A stretch of DNA of 64,000 nt, from positions 12,049 to 76,048 of the forward strand of contig VGMT01000008.1 of assembly GCA_016866335.1 (NCBI GenBank). Direction: 5' to 3'. This document shows, piece by piece, positions 49,360 to 59,084 of this stretch (position 1 is the stretch's first letter; every line of letters starts with the position of its first letter). Source of the DNA: Bacteroidota bacterium (GTDB lineage Bacteria; Bacteroidota; Bacteroidia; CAIKAF01). Position numbers and translations under genes: made by a program. The notes below the pieces were generated by a model. That model was not told where the DNA came from and did not search any database. It saw only the letters and a list, made by a program, of their open reading frames with translations.

Positions 49360-49503
49360 CGGCATGCAGCCCGGATTGAACGGGCAGACTGCGCCAGCAA
49401 ACCCCTTAGGCCGTGGGCTGCGGAGGCACGAAGTGACCCCGCAAAGCCGCTGGCCTAAAGGGTTTGCTAAGCTGGATGCAAGTGAAAGCCGGATCAGCTG
49501 CCC
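49360..49503 (-). repeat. GC-rich long-hairpin intergenic element, copy D (inverted orientation)
   Basis: It contains CGCAAAGCCGCTG and GTGAAAGCCGGA..CTGCCC. These match the reverse complement of copy B (CGCAAAGCCGCTG, GTGAAAGCCCGGAACCCGCCC) and of copy A. It abuts the yggS stop. Confidence 0.55.
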
Positions 49504-49509
49504 AAATAC

Positions 49510-50172
49510 CTATCCCCTCAAACCAAATATATCGCTCCCTACTCGTACACAGGTACTCCCCTCTTGAACCGCTAGGGGCCAATCCTGCGACATGCCCATC
49601 GATAATAGTGAAATATGCGAAAATTGGGGTATTAATTTGATTTCATGAAAAAGCGAATTCAACCGTTTAAATTCGGCCTCCACAATCCCTTTATCTGATA
49701 CATTGCTGGCCATGCCCATTAGGCCTTGAATAGAAATATACCCTTGAGCCAAAGGAAAAACCTCGGTTAAAAAAGGGATAACCTCCGAAAAAGGCATTCC
49801 GAACTTGGTATCTTCAGAAGAAATTTGAACCTGTATTAGGGCAGATATTTTTATTTCTAAGCGTCTGGCCTCTTTTAGGATTTCATGAAAAAGCCGCACT
49901 GAATCGAGACTATGGATTAAATAAACACTTTGAATAAGGGGTTTCACCTTATTCCGTTGCAAATGACCAATTAAATGCCAGCGAATATCTGACGGCAATT
50001 TACTCGCCTTTTCAAGAAGTTCTTGGACCTTATTTTCACCAAAATCACGAACTCCTGTTTCATAAAGCTCTAGAATCTTTTCAATGCTGTGATTTTTAGA
50101 GACGGCAAGCAATTGAACATGAAGAGGGATTTCGGCCCTAATCCTTCGGTAATTATCAACCGTAGTACTCAT
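49510..50172 (-). CDS. yggS: YggS family pyridoxal-phosphate homeostasis protein
   Basis: A 220-aa alanine-racemase-N-fold protein with the N-terminal lysine region LLAVSKNHS. Confidence 0.78.
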   Translation of the reverse strand: MSTTVDNYRRIRAEIPLHVQLLAVSKNHSIEKILELYETGVRDFGENKVQELLEKASKLPSDIRWHLIGHLQRNKVKPLIQSVYLIHSLDSVRLFHEILKEARRLEIKISALIQVQISSEDTKFGMPFSEVIPFLTEVFPLAQGYISIQGLMGMASNVSDKGIVEAEFKRLNSLFHEIKLIPQFSHISLLSMGMSQDWPLAVQEGSTCVRVGSDIFGLRG

Positions 50173-51368
50173 TTGTTCAACTGGTCGGTTAAATCGAACA
50201 TGGTAAATCCACTTAGAAGTTTTGGCTCAAACCATGTTGATTTTGGAGGCATAAGCTGCCCTCGGTTAACAATTGAAAAAAACTGCTGGAATTCAACGGG
50301 TGGTAGGACAAAAAGTACTTCGGCCGAGGCTGCTTTTTGACCTTTAATTAAGTCCTGTTCATCCAGATATCCACCTACAAATGCAACATTTTTATCGCTG
50401 CTTAAGTCGTGCATATTTAGTAATGGAGCTAAGATGAAATCATTTAGCCAGTCGGCAGAAAGCGTAGTTTGGCCTAAGGGGGTTATAAAGTTGATTTTAA
50501 ACCATTCATCTTTAAAATGAAAAAGCCAGTAGCATGAATTGGGTTCTGCATACTCGGCAGGTTCAATGGTGCAAAACTGCTTAAGGTGATGGGTTAACTT
50601 TTCTAAAAAATCCCTGGGCACCTTTTTTACCATTCTGTGATAGGGTAAAATTTGAGACTCATTGCTAGGAAAACAAGCTGTCAATACGAATTGATCAGCG
50701 GCATTTGCATTATGATGCTGCTGAAAACGCTGAATAGCTAACCTGCGGGAGGAACTGATTCGGTGGTGCCCATCTGCAATATACAGATTGGGCAACTCGG
50801 CGAAAACCTGTTGTATTTGAACCAAACTTGGAGCATCTTTAACGACCCACAGTTGGTGCCGACCAAAATCGGGTATTGAAACTTCAATATCGGGAGAAAA
50901 TCTTGTAAGGTCAAGAAGAAGAGCCTGGCTTTGCGGGGTTGAATTGAAGGTCAAAAGGGCGGGCTCAGCATTTAGATTTGTTTGGTCCAAGTAATCAGCA
51001 AGCAGTGCTTCTTTGCGAACCAAGGTGGCCTCGTGTTTTTTGATGGACTGGTAATCGGAATCGGTACCAATCGGAACAAGGCCAATAAAACCTGTAAAGC
51101 ATGATGATTCCCTAATCTGCCGATAAATTAGAAAAACGGGACTTTTTGATTTTTGCAGAATGCCTTGATTCAAAAAAGAATCAAGTTTTTTCCTGCGTGA
51201 ATCTTGATCTTGGTTTTGAGCCAAGATCACATGAAGGAAGGAAAATGGATTTGACCGTAGAATGGATTCTTTTTGGTCGGCGGAATACCCATCAAAAGGG
51301 AGTGTAACAACTTTTGAGGCAATATTGACCTTCGGTAAAATTGCTGAAAAAGGAAGAAATGTAGCCAT
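50169..51368 (-). CDS. DUF1015 domain protein
   Basis: A 399 aa protein whose stop overlaps the yggS start by 4 nt. It sits in a conserved position next to serA/serC in many genomes. Confidence 0.55.
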   Translation of the reverse strand: MATFLPFSAILPKVNIASKVVTLPFDGYSADQKESILRSNPFSFLHVILAQNQDQDSRRKKLDSFLNQGILQKSKSPVFLIYRQIRESSCFTGFIGLVPIGTDSDYQSIKKHEATLVRKEALLADYLDQTNLNAEPALLTFNSTPQSQALLLDLTRFSPDIEVSIPDFGRHQLWVVKDAPSLVQIQQVFAELPNLYIADGHHRISSSRRLAIQRFQQHHNANAADQFVLTACFPSNESQILPYHRMVKKVPRDFLEKLTHHLKQFCTIEPAEYAEPNSCYWLFHFKDEWFKINFITPLGQTTLSADWLNDFILAPLLNMHDLSSDKNVAFVGGYLDEQDLIKGQKAASAEVLFVLPPVEFQQFFSIVNRGQLMPPKSTWFEPKLLSGFTMFDLTDQLNK

Positions 51369-51371
51369 GCA

Positions 51372-52337
51372 TCAAGCTCGGAAATGGTCAATTACCAAAT
51401 CCACCAGTTCTTGACCAATGCGGGTTTGAGCTTCGGCGGTACTACCACCGACATGGGGAGAAACGCTTATTTTGGTATGATTAAGCAATTCAGGGAGGGG
51501 ACTAGGTTCGTTTTCGAATACATCTAGGCAAGCAAATGCCAAACGGCCGGAATCGAGGGCGACCAATAGATCTTTTTCATTTACAATGCCTCCGCGGGCT
51601 GTATTTATAAGAATGGCACCGGGTTTCATGTGCGAAAATTCGGCAGCACTTAAAAGTGGGTTTCCGTTTGCTGGCATAGGAACGTGCAAGGTAATGGCAT
51701 CGCTGGCCTGAAGCAACTCGTCAAGGCTAACCGTTTCAAACTCAAGGGTGAATGTATCGCCGGTTTGAAGAAAATCGACTTCGATTTCTGCGGTTTTGAC
51801 CCATGGGTCATAAGGTAAAACCTTCATTCCAAGGCCCATAGCCATTTGAGCTACCTCCTGCCCAATACGACCAAATCCGATAATTCCCAAGGTTTTCCCT
51901 TTGAGTTCAAAAGCCTGTGCATAGCTTTTTTTAAGTGCTTCAAACTTGCCTTGGCCCTCTACAGGCATAACCCTATTTGAGTGATGTAAAAAGCGGGCTA
52001 CCGAGAACAGATGGGCAAAAACCAATTCAGCGACAGAACGGGTGGAACTAGCGGGAGTATTGGTTACGGTTCGGCCGAGCGATCGACCATATGCTACATC
52101 AATATTATCCATACCTACCCCACCACGGCCGACAAAAGATAAGTTCGGACAAGCGTCGAAAATCTCTTTTCTGACTTTGGTAGCAGAACGGACCAAGAGA
52201 CCTCGAACTTGGCTAGAATTGATAAAATCTATTAGATTTTCTTGAGGAACCTTTTCAATAATGACATCAAACCCATGTTCTTGAAGTGAAAATAGGGCGC
52301 CTTCTTCAAGGCCGTCGTTGGCTAAAATGCGAATCAT
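51372..52337 (-). CDS. serA: D-3-phosphoglycerate dehydrogenase / D-isomer-specific 2-hydroxyacid dehydrogenase
   Basis: The NAD-binding GIIGFGRIG motif and a catalytic His region are present. It is adjacent to serC. Confidence 0.78.
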   Translation of the reverse strand: MIRILANDGLEEGALFSLQEHGFDVIIEKVPQENLIDFINSSQVRGLLVRSATKVRKEIFDACPNLSFVGRGGVGMDNIDVAYGRSLGRTVTNTPASSTRSVAELVFAHLFSVARFLHHSNRVMPVEGQGKFEALKKSYAQAFELKGKTLGIIGFGRIGQEVAQMAMGLGMKVLPYDPWVKTAEIEVDFLQTGDTFTLEFETVSLDELLQASDAITLHVPMPANGNPLLSAAEFSHMKPGAILINTARGGIVNEKDLLVALDSGRLAFACLDVFENEPSPLPELLNHTKISVSPHVGGSTAEAQTRIGQELVDLVIDHFRA

Positions 52338-52340
52338 GAA

Positions 52341-53408
52341 TTATCCGTGTTGTTGTTCAAAATCGCGCATGGCATTCACCAAGGCCTGCACGCTTTCAAG
52401 GGGTAAGGCATTGTACATAGAAGCTCGGTAACCACCCACTGAACGATGGCCTTTTAAGCCACTTATACCCCTTTCTTCCAGTAAGGCTTCAAAAGTAGGT
52501 TCCAACCGTGTGTCGTTCAACAAAAAAGTGGCGTTCATCCATGACCGAACTGACTTTTCAACGGTGCCCGTAAACAGAGAACTGCTGTCTAGTGCGCTAT
52601 AAAAGCAATCGCTTTTTTGACGGTTTACCTCTCCAATCCAAGTCAATCCGCCTTTATTTTTAAGCCATTTTAGAGTTAACATACTCACAAAAATGGGGAA
52701 AACTGGAGGCGTGTTGAACATGGATTCCTTTTCGATGTGTATTTGGTAATCAAGCATGGTAGGTAAATTTCTGCCTGTTTTACCGAGCATATCTTTTTTC
52801 ACAATAACCAGGGTCGTTCCTGCCGGGCCCATATTCTTTTGTGCACCAGCGTAAATCATTGAAAACCTTGATGCGTCAATGGGTTTGCTAAAAATATCGG
52901 AAGACATATCGCAAACGAGCGGAACAGGTGAATCCGGGATGTTTTGAAACTGGGTACCAAAAATGGTGTTGTTCGAGGTATAATGCAGGTAATCCGCATC
53001 AGAAGGAACTGAAAATTCTGGTAAGTAGGCGTAGTTTTTGTCTTTTGAGCTCCCAATAACCTCAACACGACCAACCCGTTTAGCTTCTTTTATAGCATTA
53101 GCAGCCCATGTACCTGTATCAAGGTAGGCGGCATAACCTTCCGAACTAAGCAGGTTCAAAGGGGCCATATAAAACTGCAAACTGGCCCCTCCTTGCAAAA
53201 ACACCACCTCATAATCGTTGCTCAAGTTTAAAAGATCGCGAACAAGGGCAATAGCTTGGTCCATCACATCAACAAATTCTGGCCCTCGATGCGACATTTC
53301 AATAAGAGAAAGCCCTGTATCTTGGTAATTTAGTACACCTTGAGCGGCCTCTTGCAACACTTCTGCCGGCAATATTCCTGGGCCGGCACTGAAATTATGA
53401 ATTTTCAT
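52341..53408 (-). CDS. serC: phosphoserine aminotransferase
   Basis: A class V aminotransferase fold of 355 aa with the PLP-lysine region GAQKNMGPAG. Confidence 0.85.
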   Translation of the reverse strand: MKIHNFSAGPGILPAEVLQEAAQGVLNYQDTGLSLIEMSHRGPEFVDVMDQAIALVRDLLNLSNDYEVVFLQGGASLQFYMAPLNLLSSEGYAAYLDTGTWAANAIKEAKRVGRVEVIGSSKDKNYAYLPEFSVPSDADYLHYTSNNTIFGTQFQNIPDSPVPLVCDMSSDIFSKPIDASRFSMIYAGAQKNMGPAGTTLVIVKKDMLGKTGRNLPTMLDYQIHIEKESMFNTPPVFPIFVSMLTLKWLKNKGGLTWIGEVNRQKSDCFYSALDSSSLFTGTVEKSVRSWMNATFLLNDTRLEPTFEALLEERGISGLKGHRSVGGYRASMYNALPLESVQALVNAMRDFEQQHG

Positions 53409-53511
53409 GGCTTTAGTAAGGATTTAAATTGCTACAAAGGAACAAAAAAAGACGGCTTAAAAAACCGCCTTTTCGTAATAAAGAATTACCTTAAAACAGG
53501 TGCATTATCAT

Positions 53512-54447
53512 TTACTTCTTAGCAGATTTCAAAAACTCATCAAATTGAGTTTTCGTTCCACCATAGGTGAATAGCGAAGATAAAGTATAGTATTCTTTGA
53601 TATCGGTTGAGGCTACTTTGGAATATGCATAAATAGCAAAAGCCAACTTGGTTTCATCGTAAGTAAACAGGTTTATGATCTGCTTAACCTGACCAATGTA
53701 AAAGCAATAGCTGTCTGCCATTTGCTTTGCCGAGGCCAACCTTTCTTCATCTGATGTATGGCTTTGTATGGTTTGAATTCCTTTGCGCAATTCAGTATCC
53801 CACATTCCAACAATGCATTTTTGCTGTGCTGTGGCCATTTCATAACGGGTTTGACCGTTTCCTTCCCACTGAGACGACTGCCAAGTTTCGTGTTCATGGT
53901 CGATGTTGGAATTAAGGGTATGTGAGCCTGAAATAGTGGTATTGGTTTGCACTCCATCGACATTCATTTGTATTCCTACGGACCCATTTTGCTCGTTTAC
54001 ATTAAACTGAAACCCGACCGATCCATTGTTTGGATTCGTATTTGAGGGTGTTTGTTGTTGCGCTGGAACCACGGGCTCATCGTGGTAAACGGGTTGAGCC
54101 ACTGGGGCTACAGGAGCTGTTGTTCCGGCGGGTGCTTCAGACAAATAGCGTACAACCCATTCGTTTTTTTTATTGCGCTTTAGATTGTATGTGATTTCTA
54201 AGGTAGGCGAGGCAAGAACTGTTTTAATTATGGAACCCAATTCGGCTTGTTCAAATTTGATGTTCACCTTTACTCCTTCCGTATTTACCCCATCAAAGCG
54301 CACGCGGGTATCGGGCTGGTAATTGACGGTTTGCCCATTTACTGTCAGGGTAAAACGTTCTCCGCTTTCGCTAAAAAAAATCAAACTGCCTTGACCCCAA
54401 AACAGGGAAGGAATTAGCATTGTAAGGGAAAAAACGAATTTAAGCAT
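53512..54447 (-). CDS. DUF4476-like secreted protein
   Basis: A signal peptide and a low-complexity Q/N/P/V-rich middle region are present. A C-terminal domain is conserved in Bacteroidota. Confidence 0.45.
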   Translation of the reverse strand: MLKFVFSLTMLIPSLFWGQGSLIFFSESGERFTLTVNGQTVNYQPDTRVRFDGVNTEGVKVNIKFEQAELGSIIKTVLASPTLEITYNLKRNKKNEWVVRYLSEAPAGTTAPVAPVAQPVYHDEPVVPAQQQTPSNTNPNNGSVGFQFNVNEQNGSVGIQMNVDGVQTNTTISGSHTLNSNIDHEHETWQSSQWEGNGQTRYEMATAQQKCIVGMWDTELRKGIQTIQSHTSDEERLASAKQMADSYCFYIGQVKQIINLFTYDETKLAFAIYAYSKVASTDIKEYYTLSSLFTYGGTKTQFDEFLKSAKK

Positions 54448-54510
54448 TGTCTTTGTTTTAAGTTCAAATTTATTTGAAAAAGGGGGAAGTCAAAACCAGG
54501 CTCAGGTTAA

Positions 54511-56310
54511 TTAGTCGTTAAACTGTATATCAAATGGCAAGCGTGCGTTTACTCCTTGCATGTTTTCTACTTTTTTAAGAAGGGCTAGCCATTCAATTCC
54601 AAATCCCAAACCTTCCTTTTTAAGCAAGGCCTTGCTATTTTCAGAAAGACCTTCGAAAAAGGCCTCGAAGGGGTCAACAGGTTTAGGATAAACGGCGGTA
54701 GTATAATAGGACACCTTGGCCAGTTTGGCTGCCTCTTGAACTGCTTCTTTAAGGCCTCCCAAACCATCGACCAAACCCAATTGTTTTGCTTGTTCACCGG
54801 ACCAAACACGACCTTGGCCAATCGAATCAACCATATCTACCTTCATGGAACGTCCGTTGGCGACGCGTTGTGTAAATTCACCGTAAATCCGGGTCACCAT
54901 TTTCTCAAGAACTTCTTTTTCTCTCTCTCTTAAGGGGCGAGAACCCGTAGGAAAATCTCCATTGGCATGCAGGTTAATGGTGTCGGTAGTTACCCCCAAT
55001 TTTTCATTCAACAAACCTTTTGCGTTGAAAAGCAATCCGAAAACACCTATGGACCCTGTAATGGTGGTAGGATTAGCAAAAACTTTCGAAGCGTGGCACG
55101 AAATATAATATCCTCCTGATGCGGCAAGATTTCCCATAGAAACAACCACAGGTTTTTTTGCCTTTAACAGAGCTAGCTCCCGCCACATTAATTCAGAGGC
55201 AAGTGCCGAACCTCCTGGAGAATTCACACGTAGAACCACCGCTTTAACATCATCGTTTTCTCTAAGCTCCCGAATGCTTTGGTTTAAAGATGTTGAACCT
55301 ACCATTCCTTGAGAACTTTTCCCATCAACAATATCGCCCTCGGCTACCAAAATGGCAACCTGATTTTCAGACTCGTTTGAAAGGGCAAGGTTTGCGAGAG
55401 CCATTTTTCCATAATCCTCCAAAGATTGAAGCGGAGATTCATCTTCCGACCATTTTTCCCAACCCGCTAATTTTGCCAACCTGTTCATAAACTCGTCGCG
55501 GTATTCCAAGGTGTCAGAGAATCGGTATTTTTGAGCATCTAAGGCCGAAGTAATGTGCAACCCATTAATAAGGGAATCAAGGGTGCCCGAAGGAAGTTTG
55601 TTCTTCGCTACCAATGAAGACCCCATCGATTTCCACATGCTACCCATAAGGGCCCTCATTTGAATGCGGTTTGATTCACTTGCCTGAGTAAGCAAAAAGG
55701 GTTCTACCGCGCTTTTAAATTTATTGCCCGATGGCCTAACGGCATAAGGCTCAACCCCTATCTTATCTAGAACACCTCTAAAAAAGAGAAGTTCAGCTCC
55801 CATACCATTGAGTAAAAAATCAGAGTGAGCATTTAGCGAAAGATGGGTAGAAACAGATGCGAAATAGTACGCCTTTTGAGATAATCCTTCCGAATACGTC
55901 GCAATAAACTTCCCTTTTGCTTTAAACCGCTCTAAGGCTTGCCTTATTTCAAAAGCATTCCCCATTCCAGTACTCAACCCATCCATGTCTAAAAAAATAC
56001 CCACCACTTTGTCGTCTGTGCTGGCATAATCAAGCACATTTATGGTTTCCCACAAGGTCAATTTACCCTTGGTACCTGAGCCAAAGTCGATCTCGGCAAA
56101 GGGATTTTGGTCGGGTGAGTCGACCACTGGGTAAGAAAAAGTTAAGTGCAAAACTGTTTTTTCCTCTGCCTCGGTTTGCACTTGCTCTGAGCCGCCAAAT
56201 TCAGACGAAACCACAGCAGCTACACCGGCAATAACAAGTATGGCAAATAAAACTCCCGCAATACTGGCCCCCAAGATGGACCCCAGAAACGAACCCCAAA
56301 AATTCTTCAT
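54511..56310 (-). CDS. sppA: signal peptide peptidase SppA (67K type)
   Basis: An N-terminal TM is followed by two ClpP/crotonase-like S49 repeats. The second carries the Ser-Lys dyad region. Confidence 0.78.
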   Translation of the reverse strand: MKNFWGSFLGSILGASIAGVLFAILVIAGVAAVVSSEFGGSEQVQTEAEEKTVLHLTFSYPVVDSPDQNPFAEIDFGSGTKGKLTLWETINVLDYASTDDKVVGIFLDMDGLSTGMGNAFEIRQALERFKAKGKFIATYSEGLSQKAYYFASVSTHLSLNAHSDFLLNGMGAELLFFRGVLDKIGVEPYAVRPSGNKFKSAVEPFLLTQASESNRIQMRALMGSMWKSMGSSLVAKNKLPSGTLDSLINGLHITSALDAQKYRFSDTLEYRDEFMNRLAKLAGWEKWSEDESPLQSLEDYGKMALANLALSNESENQVAILVAEGDIVDGKSSQGMVGSTSLNQSIRELRENDDVKAVVLRVNSPGGSALASELMWRELALLKAKKPVVVSMGNLAASGGYYISCHASKVFANPTTITGSIGVFGLLFNAKGLLNEKLGVTTDTINLHANGDFPTGSRPLREREKEVLEKMVTRIYGEFTQRVANGRSMKVDMVDSIGQGRVWSGEQAKQLGLVDGLGGLKEAVQEAAKLAKVSYYTTAVYPKPVDPFEAFFEGLSENSKALLKKEGLGFGIEWLALLKKVENMQGVNARLPFDIQFND

Positions 56311-56436
56311 AGATTGATTTATTAAATGCAGCCGAAGGTACTTAAAAGCAAATGAAGTTACTGCACCTAAAAACTAGGATTTAAAGTGTTTTAACGGTTT
56401 AACAATCCTAGTAAATCGGGGTAGAAGGTGTTAAGA

Positions 56437-56444
56437 GTTTTTTA
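56437..56444 (+). promoter_or_regulatory. candidate -7 box (TACCTTTG) for ribF
   Basis: A TAnnTTTG match lies 18 nt upstream of the ribF ATG. Confidence 0.25.
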
Positions 56445-56461
56445 CCTTTGCAAAAGGAACT

Positions 56462-57400
56462 ATGGAGGTCATTAACGGAATAGAATCGCTGCCCAAATTC
56501 AATAAACCTGTTATAACAACAGGGACCTTTGACGGAATCCATATTGGGCATCAAAAAATTTTGAATAGGACCATAGAAAGGGCAAAGGCCATACATGGGG
56601 AATCGGTTTTGGTTACATTTCATCCACATCCTAGGCTGGTTTTATTTCCTGAAGACAACGATTTGAGGTTGTTGAATACCCTGGAGGAGAAAAAAGAACT
56701 TTTGAGTGAATTGGGTTTGGATTTTTTGCTGATTATTCCTTTCGATGGGGCCTTTAGTCGAATGAAAGCCAGGGATTATGTTGAGGTCTTTTTAAAGAAA
56801 TCCCTGAATGCCCACACCTTAATTGTGGGTTATGACCATCATTTTGGTCGAAACCGAGAAGGAGATTTTGGCCTGCTTGAAAGCTTATCGACCGAACTCA
56901 GTTTTGATTTAGAAGAGATTCCGGCGCAAGACATAGACCAAATTAAAGTTAGTTCCACCAAAATAAGGCAGGCCTTGCTGCAAGGCGATGTAAAAACGGC
57001 CGCCGAATTTTTAACCTACCCCTACTCCATTCATGGCAAGGTAGAATATGGGGATGGCCGAGGATCTGGAATGGGATTTCCAACGGCAAACATCAACTTG
57101 AGTGATGAGCGGAAGCTTATTCCTGCAAATGGTGTTTATGCGGCCATGGTTAACGCCTCTCGGGGGCAATTTAAGGCTATGGTTAACATTGGTATTCGCC
57201 CTACTTTTGAGTATAATCCGGAAAGAAAGGTCGAAGTTCATCTGTTTGATTTCAAAGCTAATTTGTATGGGGAAAACCTAACCGTTCGCTTTATTGAGAA
57301 AATGAGAGACGAGATGCCATTCAGCGGCCCCGAAGCCCTTAAGCAACAATTAAGGAAGGACTCGGATGAAGCCAAAACCATATTAAAATCCTATGCTTAA
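56462..57400 (+). CDS. ribF: bifunctional riboflavin kinase / FAD synthetase
   Basis: An N-terminal nucleotidyltransferase GTFDGIHIGHQ motif and a C-terminal riboflavin kinase domain are present. Confidence 0.85.
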   Translation: MEVINGIESLPKFNKPVITTGTFDGIHIGHQKILNRTIERAKAIHGESVLVTFHPHPRLVLFPEDNDLRLLNTLEEKKELLSELGLDFLLIIPFDGAFSRMKARDYVEVFLKKSLNAHTLIVGYDHHFGRNREGDFGLLESLSTELSFDLEEIPAQDIDQIKVSSTKIRQALLQGDVKTAAEFLTYPYSIHGKVEYGDGRGSGMGFPTANINLSDERKLIPANGVYAAMVNASRGQFKAMVNIGIRPTFEYNPERKVEVHLFDFKANLYGENLTVRFIEKMRDEMPFSGPEALKQQLRKDSDEAKTILKSYA

Positions 57401-57989
57401 ATTTTTGTCTGGCATATTAATTTGGTTCAACTTGTTTTCGGATGTGTTTTGTCAAACATCCGAATTTCGTGATGAACCACTGTACACGGACCTAAAAATT
57501 GCATTGGAACACCCTGAACGGGTAAAAAGGTTGGCCTTAAATCGAAAAAAAATTAAGCGGATTCCCAAGGAAGTTTTTACGTTTCCGAATCTATGGGAGC
57601 TTGATTTATCAAAAAATAAAATAGCCTCATTGCCTCCTGAAATTTCAAAACTTAAAAAGCTTAGAATTTTGAATTTAGAGCGAAACAATTTAGAAGCGCT
57701 TCCTAAGGAGCTTTGCGATTTACAAAAGCTCGAGGTGTTGAACCTTCGAAAAAACGCATTGTATCAATTGCCAGATTGCCTCACCGATTTGAGCCAACTG
57801 AATTATTTCATCGTTTCTTCAAACCCCATTTTCAAACTGCCCAAAAACATAAACGGCATGGTTCAATTGATAGAATTTGATGCGAGATCTACCGATATTC
57901 ATCCGGATGCTATTAAATCCATGCAACAGGCCCTCCCTGCAAGCCGCATTTTGTGGGATTCAGATTGCAACTGCGGTCCAAATCATTAA
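57393..57989 (+). CDS. leucine-rich repeat protein (secreted)
   Basis: A signal peptide and five or six LxxLxLxxNxL repeats are present. The start overlaps the ribF stop by 8 nt. Confidence 0.6.
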   Translation: MLKFLSGILIWFNLFSDVFCQTSEFRDEPLYTDLKIALEHPERVKRLALNRKKIKRIPKEVFTFPNLWELDLSKNKIASLPPEISKLKKLRILNLERNNLEALPKELCDLQKLEVLNLRKNALYQLPDCLTDLSQLNYFIVSSNPIFKLPKNINGMVQLIEFDARSTDIHPDAIKSMQQALPASRILWDSDCNCGPNH

Positions 57990-58058
57990 TGCCTAAGTAG
58001 GGCAATGGGTTTGTCATTGGACTCCGTTTTATTATTTTTGCCCTCATCAACTTAAACT

Positions 58059-59075
58059 ATGGTAAAGAAAGCGTCGGTAAATAAAACAAGATTTTCAAAA
58101 GAAACCTGGCTGAAGTGGTATAAGGATATGCTCCTATGGCGTCGCTTGGAAGAAAAAGCGGGAATGATGTACACCATGGGCAAAATCAGGGGATTTTGTC
58201 ATTTATACATAGGTCAAGAGGCCCTAGTGGCAGGTGCATGTTCTGCCATTCGCCCCGACGACAATATGATTACCGCCTACAGAAACCATATTCATCCCTT
58301 GGGCAAGGGAATGGAATCCAAATACATGATGGCCGAGTTGTACGGAAAATCTACCGGCTGTTCAAATGGAAATGGAGGTTCTATGCATATGTTTTCGCGG
58401 GAACTTCGCTTCTGGGGTGGTCATGGTATTGTTGGCGGGCAAATTCCGGTAGGGGCAGGTTTGGCGTTTGCCGACCAATTCAATGGTTCCGATAGGGTTA
58501 CCTTATGCTACATGGGCGATGGAGCTGTTCGCCAGGGATCCTTCCACGAAACATTCAATTTAGCTATGCTTTGGAAACTACCTGTTATTTTCATCATTGA
58601 AAACAACAAGTATGCTATGGGAACATCGGTAGAACGTACCTCCAACGTTACCGATTTGTATAAATTAGGTTTATCGTACGATATGCCCTCGGAAGCGGTA
58701 GATGGCATGTGTGCCGACACCTTCCATGAAGCTATTGAAAGGGCGGCCAAGAGGGCTCGCTCGGGCGAAGGCCCAACCTTAATTGAAGCTTTAACCTATA
58801 GGTACAAGGGGCACTCTATGTCTGACCCCCAAAAATACAGAACAAAAGAAGAGGTGGAAGAATACAAGGACAAAGATCCTATTTTGCATGCCCTGTCTGT
58901 GCTTCAGTCCAACAATTGGATATCTGATTCTGATTTGGACACGATTGACCAAGAGGTTAAAAAAGAGGTTGATGAGGCTGTTGATTTTGCGGAAAATTCC
59001 CCCTATCCTGATCCTTCAGACTTGTACGAATACGTATATTCTGAACCCAATTATCCTTTTATCGAAACCCACTAA
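58059..59075 (+). CDS. pdhA: pyruvate dehydrogenase (acetyl-transferring) E1 component subunit alpha
   Basis: The TPP-binding GDGA...NN motif region (YMGDGAVRQGSFHETFNLA...ENNKYAMGT) is present. Confidence 0.85.
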   Translation: MVKKASVNKTRFSKETWLKWYKDMLLWRRLEEKAGMMYTMGKIRGFCHLYIGQEALVAGACSAIRPDDNMITAYRNHIHPLGKGMESKYMMAELYGKSTGCSNGNGGSMHMFSRELRFWGGHGIVGGQIPVGAGLAFADQFNGSDRVTLCYMGDGAVRQGSFHETFNLAMLWKLPVIFIIENNKYAMGTSVERTSNVTDLYKLGLSYDMPSEAVDGMCADTFHEAIERAAKRARSGEGPTLIEALTYRYKGHSMSDPQKYRTKEEVEEYKDKDPILHALSVLQSNNWISDSDLDTIDQEVKKEVDEAVDFAENSPYPDPSDLYEYVYSEPNYPFIETH

Positions 59076-59084
59076 AAATTTAAC

